From positions 7,392,001 through 7,456,000 of the forward strand of contig OY970303.1 of NCBI GenBank assembly GCA_963716255.1: a stretch of 64,000 nucleotides of DNA, in the 5' to 3' direction. The DNA comes from an uncultured Gemmatimonadales bacterium. GTDB lineage: Bacteria; Gemmatimonadota; Gemmatimonadetes; Longimicrobiales; Longimicrobiaceae. Below are positions 1 through 9,611 of the stretch, piece by piece. The notes below the pieces were generated by a model. The model was given only the letters and a program-made list of their open reading frames with translations, made no database searches and was not told the origin of the DNA. Made by a program: the position numbers and the translations under genes. The first letter of the stretch is position 1, and each line of letters starts with the position of its first letter.

Positions 1-99
1 CTGAGGCCCTGCGAACGCCTGGGTGGCTCCGAACCCGAACACGATCGCGCAGGAGACGCCGGACAGCCCCGTGCGCAGGTAGATGAAGGAACGGCTCAT
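1..99 (-). CDS. Small secreted peptide/protein, 5' part only (runs off window start)
   Basis: Not in the ORF track. ATG at 99 is preceded by GGAGAAC and reads MSRSFIYLRTGLSGVSCAIVFGFGATQAFAGPQ, a signal-peptide-like sequence ending in AFA. Confidence 0.55.
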   Translation of the reverse strand, partial: MSRSFIYLRTGLSGVSCAIVFGFGATQAFAGPQ

Positions 100-362
100 C
101 ACGTTCTCCGGTGAAGCGGTGAACCCGCGAGCGGTGCGGGCACGAGGGGGGAAACACGTTAAGCGCCGTTTTGCCGCACGGCAATGATTCAGTTCGGCTA
201 CTTCTCCGAAGACGTCCCAGGTGCAACGGAGTCGAGACCCGGCGGGTGAATCTCTGAACCGAGGTGCCCCGCCGGCGATGCTCTGGGCAACCGGATCGAT
301 GGTTGACTCTTCTGGCCTATTCAGGGTTTCCCGGCGGCCGCCCGTCTCGCGCGAATTCTGCG

Positions 363-749
363 TCACGCCTCGTCCGCCTCGCTGAGCCCCGCGTGGGCGA
401 GGGCGTCCGCGAGCCGGTCGAAGCGGGCGTAGTACGCCACCCGCCCGCCCGCCACGCGGAACACCGAGGCGACCTCCGCCTCGCCGAGGGCGTCGCCGCC
501 TTCCGGGGAGCGCCACTCGGCGTGCTGCTGCACCACCACCGCGTCTCCGCGCGCAAAGGTGCGGCGCGGGTGCAGCCGGACGCGCGCGTGCCCCAGCCAC
601 CCGCGCAGCAACTCCAGGCCGCGCCCGGAGCCGCGCGGGCCCACGATCTCCACATCGGGAGAGGAAAGGGCCAGGACCGCGTCGGGGTCCTCGCGGTTCA
701 GCGCTTCCTGCCAGGCCAGCACTACGGCTGCGGGCGACGGGTCGTGCAT
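363..749 (-). CDS. NTF2-like / SnoaL-like domain protein
   Basis: WQEALNREDPDAVLALSSPDVE...GDAVVVQQHAEW...SVFRVAGGRV pattern. Start moved to ATG 749 after a GGAGAACC RBS. Confidence 0.75.
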   Translation of the reverse strand: MHDPSPAAVVLAWQEALNREDPDAVLALSSPDVEIVGPRGSGRGLELLRGWLGHARVRLHPRRTFARGDAVVVQQHAEWRSPEGGDALGEAEVASVFRVAGGRVAYYARFDRLADALAHAGLSEADEA

Positions 750-955
750 GGGTTCTCCACGGTGTCGGGGGCGGTCGGCGGGCAGATCCGCCCGCGCAGT
801 CTCTCGTACGGAAGCCATGTGAGCACGCTCCTCGGGCATCGTCAAGGCGCCGGAGGCAGGAATGCCGCGCGGTCCTCTCCCTTACTCCCGCTCGCGGGGG
901 AGATGGGGGCCGGGGGGTGAGGGGGCCCACCCCGGCGGACGCCAGCGCCAAAGCC

Positions 956-1094
956 GCGTGAGGGATTTCGGCCCGAAGGGGCGAGACCCCGCGGGGCAGT
1001 TTCCGCGGGGGCTCGACTCCGTTAGCCCGCGTTGTTTGCGGGCTTACGGAGCCGAAGCCCGACCCCGGCGCCAGCCGGGGGCACGCCCGGACCC
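956..1094 (-). repeat. Structured intergenic repeat family A (~140 bp), copy 1
   Basis: Reverse complement of the consensus GGGCGTGCCCCCGGCTGGCGCCGGGGTCGGGCTTCGGCTCCGTA...ACGGAGTCGAGCCC...GGTCTCGCCCCTTCGGGCCGAAATCCCTCACGC. Confidence 0.95.
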
Positions 1095-1365
1095 TGGTCT
1101 TTCACCCACGTAGTTGCGCCGCCGAACCCGCAGGGGCTCAGGGAGGCGCTGGCGGGCGAGCCCCGCCGACGCCCGGTCCGGCGCGGACGGCCCCTGGTGG
1201 CGCGGCGCCCCGGCGCCGTACTTTCCAGGCCTCGTCGCGGAGGCTGCTCCCTGGGGGGCGCGAGAAGCCCGCGGGGACGCCGGAGGAGCACGTGAACCCC
1301 CGGGACCGGTGCGCGCCTGGCTCCCGGCCCCGATCCGCCCCACCGCCCACCGGAGCCGAGGCCGC

Positions 1366-2421
1366 GTGCACGCATCCATCCGCAGGGTCCTGGGCTCGCA
1401 GGAGACCGGGCTGGTCGTCGTGGTGGCGCTCGTCGCCGTGGGGCTCGCGCTGCTCGCGGGGTCGCACGTGGACCGCCGCACCGGCGAGATGGTCAACGAC
1501 TTCTGGAACTCGCACACCCTCATCCAGACGGCCACGGACGCGAGCTTCTTCGCCATCATGGCGCTGGGGGCCACGGTGGTCATCATCTCGGGCGGGATCG
1601 ACCTGTCGGTGGGGTCGATCTACGCCCTTTCCGGCGTGTGCATGGCCCTCCTCCTCCGCGCCGCGGGGCCCATGGGCGACACGCGGACAGTGCTCCTGGG
1701 GTTCCTGGCGTGCGCCGGGGTGGGGCTTCTCTGCGGGCTGGTGAACGGCGCGCTGGTGGTGGGGCTGCGGGTGCACCCCTTCATCATCACCCTGGGCACC
1801 ATGTGGATGCTGCGCGGCGTGGCCTTCGTCGCCACGCGGGCGGAAAGCATCCTGGTGCCGACTGCGCTCACCGCCGTCGCCAAGGCGCCGCTGGGGCTGG
1901 GGAGCGGGGGCCTGTACCCGGTGCCCATGCTGGCGATGCTGGTGCTGGCCGCGGTGGGCGCCGTCTACCTGACGCGCACGGTGCCCGGGCGGCACGTGTT
2001 CGCCTTCGGCGGCAACCTGGAGGCGAGCCGCTTCGCCGGGCTCCCGCTGGGGCGCATCCAGGTGGGGGTGTTCGCCGTGTCGGGGCTCACGGCGGGGATC
2101 GCGGCGTTCCTGGGGGCGAGCTTCTACGGCTCGGCGTCGTCGGGCGACGCGCAGGGCTACGAGCTGTACGTGATCGCCTCGGCGGTGGTGGGCGGGGCGA
2201 GCCTGGTGGGGGGGAAGGGGAGCGCGCTCGGGGCGATGCTGGGCGCCGTGCTGATCGTGCTCTTCCGGCAGTCCATCCGCACGCTTCGGCTGGACCAGAA
2301 CTACGAGTGGATCGTCATCGGCTGCGCGATCATCCTGGCGGTGGTGGTGGACCAGTGGAGCGGCCGCGTGGCGGCCCGGCGCTTGAGCCGGCCGGCGGAA
2401 AGCGCGCGGGCGCACGGGTGA
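1366..2421 (+). CDS. Monosaccharide ABC transporter permease (RbsC/XylH-like)
   Basis: GGIDLSVGS, HPFIITLGT, GGNLEASRFAG and YELYVIASAVVGG motifs; multiple TM helices; GTG start at 1366. Confidence 0.9.
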   Translation: MHASIRRVLGSQETGLVVVVALVAVGLALLAGSHVDRRTGEMVNDFWNSHTLIQTATDASFFAIMALGATVVIISGGIDLSVGSIYALSGVCMALLLRAAGPMGDTRTVLLGFLACAGVGLLCGLVNGALVVGLRVHPFIITLGTMWMLRGVAFVATRAESILVPTALTAVAKAPLGLGSGGLYPVPMLAMLVLAAVGAVYLTRTVPGRHVFAFGGNLEASRFAGLPLGRIQVGVFAVSGLTAGIAAFLGASFYGSASSGDAQGYELYVIASAVVGGASLVGGKGSALGAMLGAVLIVLFRQSIRTLRLDQNYEWIVIGCAIILAVVVDQWSGRVAARRLSRPAESARAHG

Positions 2422-2444
2422 ATCCCCTGAGCGGAGAGAAGAAG

Positions 2445-3500
2445 ATGAGAGCACGGATCGCGCGGGGCGCGGCGCTCCCCCTGCTGCTGGCGGCGCTGGC
2501 GGGGTGCGGCGGCGGCGAGCGGGCGGCGGACGAGGGCGGGGAGACCGCGGCGGCGGGCAGGCAGGCGGGCGCGGGGGGCGACGACGGCCGCATCCTCATC
2601 GCGCTGATCGCGAAGAGCTCCAACAACCCGGTGTTCCTGGCCGCGCGCACCGGCGCGGAGGCCGCGGCGAAGGAGATCTCGGCGCAGCCGGGCGGGCCGC
2701 GGGTGGAGATCGCCTGGCTGACGCCGCCGCAGGAGGACGGGCAGGTGCAGGCGCAGCGCATCCAGCAGGCGGTCAACGACGGCGCGGACGCCATCCTCAT
2801 CTCCGCCTCGGACGCGGGCAAGGTGGCCGGCGCCATCGACGACGCGGTGGGGCGCGGGGTGGAGGTGATGACCTTCGACAGCGACGTGCCGCAGTCCCGG
2901 CGCTTCGCCTACTACGGCGTGGACGACATGCAGGTGGGGCGGGCGGTGATGGCAGAGCTGGCGACGCAGATGGGAGGAAAGGGCTCCGTGGCGATCCTGG
3001 CCGGCAACCAGAACGCGCCCAACCTGCAGCGGCGCGCGCAGGGGGTGCGCGAGGAGGCGGCGAAGCACCCGGGGATCAAGGTGGTGGACGTGTTCAACCA
3101 CATCGAGACCCCACAGGACGCGGCCGCCGAGGTGATCCGCGTCAACAACGCCTACCCCGAGGTGACCGGCTGGGCGATGGTGGGCGGCTGGCCGCTGTTC
3201 ACGCAGACGCTGCTCACCGACCTGGACCCCGCCCGCACCAGGGTGGTGGCGGTGGACGCGCTCCCGGCGCAGCTGCCGTACGTGGAGCGGGGGATCGCCC
3301 CGGTGCTCCTGGCGCAGCCCGTGTACCAGTGGGGGTACGTGGGGGTGAAGACCATCGTGGACAAGCTGGGCGGCAAGCCGGTGCAGGCCCGCATCCCCAT
3401 GGAGCCGGTGCGGGTGAGCCGCCAGAACCTGGGCGAGTGGGCCCGCCAGCTGCAGGCGTGGGGGTTCACGGACGTGAACCCGGCCTACCTGAGGCTGTAG
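2445..3500 (+). CDS. Sugar ABC transporter substrate-binding lipoprotein (periplasmic binding protein type I)
   Basis: Lipobox LLLAALAGC; KSSNNPVF, VMTFDSD and YYGVDD motifs; ATG 2445 after GGAGAG. Confidence 0.9.
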   Translation: MRARIARGAALPLLLAALAGCGGGERAADEGGETAAAGRQAGAGGDDGRILIALIAKSSNNPVFLAARTGAEAAAKEISAQPGGPRVEIAWLTPPQEDGQVQAQRIQQAVNDGADAILISASDAGKVAGAIDDAVGRGVEVMTFDSDVPQSRRFAYYGVDDMQVGRAVMAELATQMGGKGSVAILAGNQNAPNLQRRAQGVREEAAKHPGIKVVDVFNHIETPQDAAAEVIRVNNAYPEVTGWAMVGGWPLFTQTLLTDLDPARTRVVAVDALPAQLPYVERGIAPVLLAQPVYQWGYVGVKTIVDKLGGKPVQARIPMEPVRVSRQNLGEWARQLQAWGFTDVNPAYLRL

Positions 3501-3508
3501 CGCGGTCC

Positions 3509-5008
3509 ATGGCCGAGCCCGCCGTCCGCTTCCGGGGGATCACCCGCCGCTTCCCGGGCGTCCTCGCCCTGGACGACGTGTCGCTGGACGTGGCGGCGGG
3601 CTCGTGCCACGCGCTGTGCGGCGAGAACGGGGCGGGCAAGAGCACGCTGGGCAAGGTGCTGGCGGGGATCCACCCGGCCGACGCGGGGACGCTGGAGGTG
3701 CACGGCCGCGAGGTGAGGTTTGGGGGCCCGCGCGACGCGCTGGCGGCGGGGGTGGGGATGGTGCACCAGGAGCTGGCCTTCTGCCACAACCTGTCGGTGG
3801 CGGAGAACCTGTGCCTGGGCGCGCTCCCCTCGCGCGGCGGGGTGGTGTCGCGCGCGGAGACCGTCCGCCGCGCGGAGGCGATGCTGGCGGAGGTGGGCGC
3901 CGACGTGGACCCCACCCGCCTGGTGGGCGAGCTCAACGTGGCGCAGCAGCAGATGGTGCAGATCGCCTCGGCGGTGGGGAGCGGGGCCCGCGTGATCGTC
4001 TTCGACGAGCCCACCAGCAGCCTGAGCCAGCCGGAGGCGGAGCGGCTGTACGACCTGGTGGGGCGGCTCCGCGCGCGCGGCGTCACCTGCATCTTCGTGT
4101 CGCACCGCATGCCGGAGATCTTCCGCCTGTGCGACGCGGTGAGCGTGCTGCGCGACGGCAGGCACGTGGCCACGCGCCCCACGGAGGGGCTGACGGAGGC
4201 GGAGCTGGTGCGGATGATGATCGGGCGGCCGCTGGGCGAGTACTTCCCTCGCCACCTGGACGCCGCGCCGGGCGGGGAGCTGCTGCGGGTGGAGGGGCTG
4301 TCCGCGCCGGGACGGTTCACGGACGTGTCGTTCACGCTGCGGGCGGGGGAGGTGGTGGGGCTGGCGGGGCTGGTGGGCGCCGGCCGCTCGGAGATCGCGC
4401 AGGCGCTCTTCGGGCTGGAGCCCGGGGTGACGGGGCGCGTGTGGGTGGGGGGAAAGCCGGCGCGCATCGGGAGTCCCGGCGCGGCGATCCGCCAGGGGCT
4501 GGGGCTGGTGCCGGAGGACCGCAAGAAGCAGGGGCTGGTGCTCATCGCGAGCGGGCTCCACAACACGTCGCTCCCCATCCTGCGCCGCCTGTCGCGCCTG
4601 GGGTGGATCCGCCGCGCCCGCGAGCGCAGACTGGCCACGGAGTACTTCGCGCGGCTGCGGGTGCGCGCGCCCGGCGTGGACACCCCGGTGGCCGGCCTCT
4701 CGGGCGGCAACCAGCAGAAGATCGTGCTGGCCCGCTGGCTAGCGGCGCGCGCCCGCATCCTCATGCTGGACGAGCCCACGCGCGGCGTGGACGTGGGCGC
4801 CAAGGCGGAGATCCACGCGCTGGTGGACGAGCTGGCGGCCGGGGGGAGCGCGGTGCTCCTCATCTCCAGCGAGCTCCCCGAGGTGCTGGCTCTCTCCAGC
4901 CGCATCCTGGTGCTGCGCGCGGGCCGCCTGGTGGGCGAATTGCCGCGCGGTGGCGCCACGCAGGACGGGCTTCTCCGCCTCATGGCGGGGCTGGGAGAAG
5001 CGGGCTGA
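3509..5008 (+). CDS. Sugar ABC transporter ATP-binding protein (two NBDs, RbsA-like)
   Basis: GENGAGKST, FDEPTSSL, VPEDRK, LSGGNQQK and LDEPTRGVDVGAK motifs. Confidence 0.95.
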   Translation: MAEPAVRFRGITRRFPGVLALDDVSLDVAAGSCHALCGENGAGKSTLGKVLAGIHPADAGTLEVHGREVRFGGPRDALAAGVGMVHQELAFCHNLSVAENLCLGALPSRGGVVSRAETVRRAEAMLAEVGADVDPTRLVGELNVAQQQMVQIASAVGSGARVIVFDEPTSSLSQPEAERLYDLVGRLRARGVTCIFVSHRMPEIFRLCDAVSVLRDGRHVATRPTEGLTEAELVRMMIGRPLGEYFPRHLDAAPGGELLRVEGLSAPGRFTDVSFTLRAGEVVGLAGLVGAGRSEIAQALFGLEPGVTGRVWVGGKPARIGSPGAAIRQGLGLVPEDRKKQGLVLIASGLHNTSLPILRRLSRLGWIRRARERRLATEYFARLRVRAPGVDTPVAGLSGGNQQKIVLARWLAARARILMLDEPTRGVDVGAKAEIHALVDELAAGGSAVLLISSELPEVLALSSRILVLRAGRLVGELPRGGATQDGLLRLMAGLGEAG

Positions 5009-5050
5009 ACGGCGGGGTCCGATTGAACTGCATGGTTCGGTTGAACTGCG

Positions 5051-5185
5051 GGGTCCGGGCGTGCCCCCGGCTGCGCCGGGGTCGGGCTGCGGCTCCGTAA
5101 CGCAGCAAACAACGCTGCGTAACGGAGGCGAGCCCCGACGATACTGCCGTCGGGTCTCGCCGCTTCGCGCTCGCATCCCTCACGC
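5051..5185 (+). repeat. Repeat family A, copy 2 (variant subtype)
   Basis: Same layout with CTGCGGC...GCTCGCAT and CGCTTCGCG substitutions, shared with the copy at 25604. Confidence 0.9.
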
Positions 5186-5210
5186 GGCTCCGGGCTGGCG
5201 TCGGCTGGAA

Positions 5211-5348
5211 CCCCCCTCCCCCCGGCCCCCTCCCCCGCAAGGGGGGAGGGGGAGCACGACACGGTGATGGCGAGAATCGCAGCGCGGAGATGCCCCTCCC
5301 CCGGAACGGGGGAGGGTGGCGAGCCTCAAGCGAGCCGGGTGGGGGCCC
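5211..5348. repeat. REP-like GC hairpin repeats, family B (B1 at 5211-5254, B2 at 5293-5348)
   Basis: CCCCTCCCCCCGGCCCCCTCCCCCGCAAG...GGGGAG and the reverse complement of CCCACCCGGCTCGCTTGAGGCTCGCCACCCTCCCCC; both recur elsewhere in the window. Confidence 0.85.
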
Positions 5349-5372
5349 CTCGCGGACGCAAGCGCGAGCCCC

Positions 5373-5507
5373 GCGTGAGGGATTTCGGCCCGAAGGGGCG
5401 AGACCCGCGGGCAGTTTCGCGGGGCTCGACTCCGTTGGGCTGCGTTGTTTGCAGCCCTACGGAGCCGAAGCCCGACCCCGGCGTCAGCCGGGGACACGCC
5501 CGGACCC
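5373..5507 (-). repeat. Repeat family A, copy 3
   Basis: Reverse-complement consensus; inner stem GGGCTGC/GCAGCCC. Confidence 0.95.
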
Positions 5508-5543
5508 TGCCGTTTCCGTTCTACCCGTCACGACGCGACCGAC

Positions 5544-6725
5544 ATGAGCCGCAGCCAGACACAGGACGCCTACACTCCACGCCCGGAGCACCACTTCACT
5601 TTCGGGCTGTGGACCGTGGGCAACGTCGGGCGCGACCCCTTCGGCGAGGCGGTGCGCGCACCGCTGCCACCCGAGTCCATCGTGCACAAGCTGGGCGAGA
5701 TCGGCGCCTACGGCGTGAACCTGCACGACGAGGACCTGGTGCCGCGCGACGCCCCGGCGGCGGAGCGCGACCGCATCGTCCGCGGCTTCCGCGCGGCGCT
5801 GGAGGAGAGCGGGGTGAAGGTTCCCATGGCGACCACCAACCTGTTCGGCGACCCGGCCTTCCGCGACGGCGCCTTCACCAGCGGCGACCCGCGGGTGCGC
5901 GCCTACGCGCTCCAGAAGACCATGCGCTCCATGGACCTGGGGGCGGAGCTCGGGGCGGAGGTGTACGTGTTCTGGGGCGGGCGCGAGGGAACGGAGACCA
6001 ACGCGGCAAAGGACCCGCGCGAGGCCCTGATGTGGTTCCGCGACGCGCTCAACTTCCTGTGCGAGTACTCCCGGGCGCAGGGCTACCCGTACCGCTTCGC
6101 CCTGGAGCCGAAGCCAAACGAGCCGCGCGGCGACATCTTCCTCCCCACCATCGGGCACGCGCTGGCGTTCATCCACACGCTGGACCACCCGGAGATGGTG
6201 GGGCTGAACCCCGAGGTGGCGCACGACACCATGGCGGGGCTGGACTTCGCGCACGGGGTGGCGCAGGCGCTGGACGCGGGCAAGCTGTTCCACGTCGACC
6301 TCAACGCGCAGAAGCCGGGGCGCTACGACCAGGACCACCGCTTCGGGAGCGAGGACCCCAAGCAGGCGTTCTTTCTGGTGAAGCTGCTGGAGGACGCGGG
6401 CTACGCGGGGATGAAGCACTTCGACAGCCACGCCTACCGCACCGAGGACGAGCGCGGAGTGTGGGACTTCGCCGCCGGGAGCATGCGCACCTACCTGATC
6501 CTGAAGGAAAAGGCGAGGCGCTGGAACGAGGACCCGGAGATCCGGCAGATGCTGGCGGAGCTGCGCGCCCGCGGCGGCGGGGCGGAGGAGCGCCCGGTGT
6601 TCAGCGCGGAGAGCGCGGCCGCGCTCCGGGAGCGGCGGTTCGACCTGGCGGCGATGCGGGCGCAGGGGTACGGCTACGAGCGGCTGGACCAGCTCACCAT
6701 GGAGATCCTGCTGGGGGTCCGCTAG
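5544..6725 (+). CDS. xylA: Xylose isomerase (class I, Streptomyces/Thermus type)
   Basis: [42 protein letters not shown] and YDQD metal/catalytic motifs. Confidence 0.97.
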   Translation: MSRSQTQDAYTPRPEHHFTFGLWTVGNVGRDPFGEAVRAPLPPESIVHKLGEIGAYGVNLHDEDLVPRDAPAAERDRIVRGFRAALEESGVKVPMATTNLFGDPAFRDGAFTSGDPRVRAYALQKTMRSMDLGAELGAEVYVFWGGREGTETNAAKDPREALMWFRDALNFLCEYSRAQGYPYRFALEPKPNEPRGDIFLPTIGHALAFIHTLDHPEMVGLNPEVAHDTMAGLDFAHGVAQALDAGKLFHVDLNAQKPGRYDQDHRFGSEDPKQAFFLVKLLEDAGYAGMKHFDSHAYRTEDERGVWDFAAGSMRTYLILKEKARRWNEDPEIRQMLAELRARGGGAEERPVFSAESAAALRERRFDLAAMRAQGYGYERLDQLTMEILLGVR

Positions 6726-6726
6726 G

Positions 6727-8226
6727 ATGCCGGACGGGCTCCTCCTGGGGCTGGACGTGGGCACCAGCGGCGTCAAGGCGGTCCTGGTGCACCCGCGGGG
6801 CGACGTCGTGGTTTCGGCCACCGTGCCGCTGTCGCTGGCCACGCCCCGCCCCGGGTGGGCGGAGCAGGACCCGGACGGCTGGTGGGCGGCGGCGGCGGCG
6901 GCGGTACGGCGGGTGCTGGAGGCGCGGCCGGGCGCCGCGGTGGCGGCGGTGGGCATCGCGGGGCAGATGCACTCGTCGGTGTTCCTGGACGGGGCGGGGG
7001 AGGTGATCCGCCCGGCGCTGCTCTGGTGCGACGGCCGCACCACGGCGGAGTGCGCGGAGATCACGGAGCGCCTCGGCGGCGAGGCCCGCCTGCGGGAGCT
7101 GGCGGGCAACCCGGCGCTGGAGGGCTTCACCCTCCCCAAGGTGCTCTGGCTGCGCAATCACGAGCCGGCGGCCTTCGCGCGCCTGGCCACCGTGCTCCTC
7201 CCCAAGGACTACGTCCGCTTCCGCCTCACCGGGGAGCTGGCCACCGAGCCCTCGGACGCGTCGGCGACGCTGATGTACGACACCGCCCGGCTGCGCTGGA
7301 GCGGCGAGATCATGGCCGCGGTGGGGCTGCCGGCGAGCCTGCTGCCGCCCGTGGGCGGCTCGGCGGAGGTGCTGGGGCGCGTGACGGCGGGGGCGGCGGC
7401 GCTCACCGGCCTGGCGGAGGGGACGCCGGTGGTGGGCGGCGGCGCGGACAACGCCTGCGGCGCGGCGGGGGTGGGGGTGGTGGAGCCGGGGGAGGCGGTG
7501 GCGAGCTGGGGGACCTCGGGCACGGTGCTGGCGCCGCTGGCGGAGCCGCGGGTGGACCCGGGGCTGCGGGCGCACACCTTCTGCCACGTGGTCCCCGGCA
7601 CCTGGTACCTGATGGGGGTGGTGCTCAGCGCCGGCGGCGCCTTCGCCTGGTACCGGGACCAGCTGGCGCGCGAGCTGGCCGGCGCGCCGGACGCGGAGCT
7701 GCGCCTGGACGAGGAGGCGGCGACGGTGCCGCCGGGCGCGGACGGGGTGACGTTCCTCCCCTACCTCCAGGGCGAGCGCACGCCGCACCGCGACGCGGCG
7801 GCGCGCGGCGCGTTCACGGGGCTGAGCCTGGCGCACACCCGGGCGCACCTGACGCGCGCGGTGCTGGAGGGGATCTGCTTCGCGCTGCGCGACTCGGTGT
7901 CCATCCTGCGGGAGCTGGGGATGGCGCCGGGGCACCTGCTGCTCACCGGCGGCGGCGCGCGCAGCCCGTTCGTCCGCCGCCTCCAGGCGGAGGTGTTCGG
8001 GCTGCCGGTGACGGTCGTGAACCGCGAGGAGGGGCCGGCCTACGGCGCGGCGCTCCTGGCCGCGGTGGGCGCGGGCGCGTTCCCGGACCTGGCGTCCGCG
8101 GCGCGGGCGACGCTTTCCCGCGCCCCGCTGGAGCACCCGGACCCGCGGGCCCACGCGGCGTACGACGAGCCCTATGCACGGTTCCGGGCGGGGTACCCGG
8201 CCGTGGCGCGCGTTTCCACGGCTTGA
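6727..8226 (+). CDS. xylB: Xylulokinase (FGGY family)
   Basis: GLDVGTSGVK, GQMHS, LWCDGRT, GGGADNA, LPYLQGERTP and GGGARS motifs; directly follows xylA. Confidence 0.95.
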   Translation: MPDGLLLGLDVGTSGVKAVLVHPRGDVVVSATVPLSLATPRPGWAEQDPDGWWAAAAAAVRRVLEARPGAAVAAVGIAGQMHSSVFLDGAGEVIRPALLWCDGRTTAECAEITERLGGEARLRELAGNPALEGFTLPKVLWLRNHEPAAFARLATVLLPKDYVRFRLTGELATEPSDASATLMYDTARLRWSGEIMAAVGLPASLLPPVGGSAEVLGRVTAGAAALTGLAEGTPVVGGGADNACGAAGVGVVEPGEAVASWGTSGTVLAPLAEPRVDPGLRAHTFCHVVPGTWYLMGVVLSAGGAFAWYRDQLARELAGAPDAELRLDEEAATVPPGADGVTFLPYLQGERTPHRDAAARGAFTGLSLAHTRAHLTRAVLEGICFALRDSVSILRELGMAPGHLLLTGGGARSPFVRRLQAEVFGLPVTVVNREEGPAYGAALLAAVGAGAFPDLASAARATLSRAPLEHPDPRAHAAYDEPYARFRAGYPAVARVSTA

Positions 8227-8231
8227 ACGGC

Positions 8232-8370
8232 GGATCCGGGCGTGTCCCCGGCTGGCGCCGGGGTCGGGCTTCGGCTCCGTAACGCAGCAAACAACGCTGC
8301 GTAACGGAGTCGAGCCCCGGCGGAAACTGCCCCGCCGGGTCTCGCCCCTTCGGGCCGAAATCCCTCACGC
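8232..8370 (+). repeat. Repeat family A, copy 4
   Basis: Consensus match; inner stem ACGCAGC/GCTGCGT with AAACAAC loop. Confidence 0.95.
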
Positions 8371-8393
8371 GGGCGTCGCGCTGGCGTCCGCGA

Positions 8394-8449
8394 GGGCCCC
8401 CACCCGGCTCGCTTGAGGCTCGCCACCCTCCCCCGTTCCGGGGGAGGGG
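8394..8449 (+). repeat. Family B2 REP-like hairpin
   Basis: CCCACCCGGCTCGCTTGAGGCTCGCCACCCTCCCCCGTTCCGGGGGAGGGG, the near-exact reverse complement of 5293-5348. Confidence 0.85.
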
Positions 8450-8528
8450 AATCTCCACGCTTCGATCCTCCCGCTCCGCCGTGTCGTGCTCCCTCTTCCC
8501 CTGCCAGACATCGTCGTGGGGCCGGGCG

Positions 8529-9242
8529 CTACCGCAGCAGCGGATACGGGTTCCGGGAGACGCCGCCCCAGTACTGCTTGGGGTCCGCGGTGGTCGACAC
8601 CTCGAAGTGCAGGTGGTAGTTGCCGGGGACGGCGTCGCCGGTGTCGCCCACGTACCCCAGCACGTCGCCGCGCCGCAGCGCCCGCCCCTCCGCGATGCCG
8701 GGCGCGTAGCGGTCCAGGTGGGCATAGTAGAGCACGGTCCGCCGGTCGGGCGCCAGCTGGTAGAGCGTGGTGCCGCCGCGCTCGCTGCGGAACAGCTTCA
8801 TCACCACCCCGTCCGAGGACGCCAGGACCGGTGTGCCGCGCGGCGCCATGATGTCGATGGCATCGTGCCGCCGGCCCTGCCCGCGCGCCTGCTCGTACGT
8901 GTCCACCAGGCTCGACGCCTCCACTCCCTGCACCGGGATCAGGAACCCGGAATCGGACACCGGGGCGGCCGCGGGGGCCGCCTCGTCCCACGGGTCGTCC
9001 GGTGCGGGTTCGCCCGCCGCGGGGAGGTCCGCCGGGGCGCCGCCGGACGGCGCTTCGACGGCGGGGGCGGTGGGGACTGCGGCAACCCGGGGAGCGGCGC
9101 GGGACGCCTCGTCCCCGTCCAGGGCGTCGTGCAGCCGGCCCACCATCCCCGGCGCGGCCCAGGCGGCGGCGAGCAGCGCCGCCAGCATCGAGGCCGCGCC
9201 CAGGGTGAAGGGCAGCAGGAACCCGGATCGGGATCTTCGCAT
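8529..9242 (-). CDS. M23 family metallopeptidase
   Basis: HDAIDIMAPRGTPV (HxxxD), YYAHLD, GYVGDTG and HLHFEV (HxH); N-terminal hydrophobic anchor. Confidence 0.92.
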   Translation of the reverse strand: MRRSRSGFLLPFTLGAASMLAALLAAAWAAPGMVGRLHDALDGDEASRAAPRVAAVPTAPAVEAPSGGAPADLPAAGEPAPDDPWDEAAPAAAPVSDSGFLIPVQGVEASSLVDTYEQARGQGRRHDAIDIMAPRGTPVLASSDGVVMKLFRSERGGTTLYQLAPDRRTVLYYAHLDRYAPGIAEGRALRRGDVLGYVGDTGDAVPGNYHLHFEVSTTADPKQYWGGVSRNPYPLLR

Positions 9243-9456
9243 GCGGCACCGCCCGCGTGGGGGGACGGCCGGAGAGCCACCCGGCAGGGCCGGGCGCGCA
9301 TGCGCCCGGGATGGTGTCAATCTAACGCGCTATGGCGTTGCCGCCTAATCACTTGTCCGGAGCCGCCGCCGGTCGCCGCGCCGCCCGGGCGCGCCCGGGC
9401 GGACGGGAAAGCGCCCCGGCGCTCGGAGGCAGAAAGACGCGCTCGGGCAGGCCGTC

Positions 9457-9595
9457 GCGTGAGGGATTACGGCCCGAAGGGGCGAGACCCGGCGGGGCTG
9501 TTTCCGCCGGGGCTCGACTCCGTTACGCAGCGTCGTTTGCTGCTTTACGGAGCCGAAGCCCGACCCCGGCGCCAGCCGGGGGCACGCCCAAGCCA
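9457..9595 (-). repeat. Repeat family A, copy 5
   Basis: Reverse-complement consensus. Confidence 0.93.
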
Positions 9596-9611
9596 GCGGT
9601 TCAAAACGCCG

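Noticed and set aside
223..246. GCAACGGAGTCGAG fragment resembling the core of repeat A
   Set aside because: Only about 14 bp match and no flanking arms; could be a relic or chance.
1095..1365. Riboswitch or xylose operator upstream of the ABC permease
   Set aside because: GC-rich with possible hairpins but no recognisable aptamer or palindromic operator.
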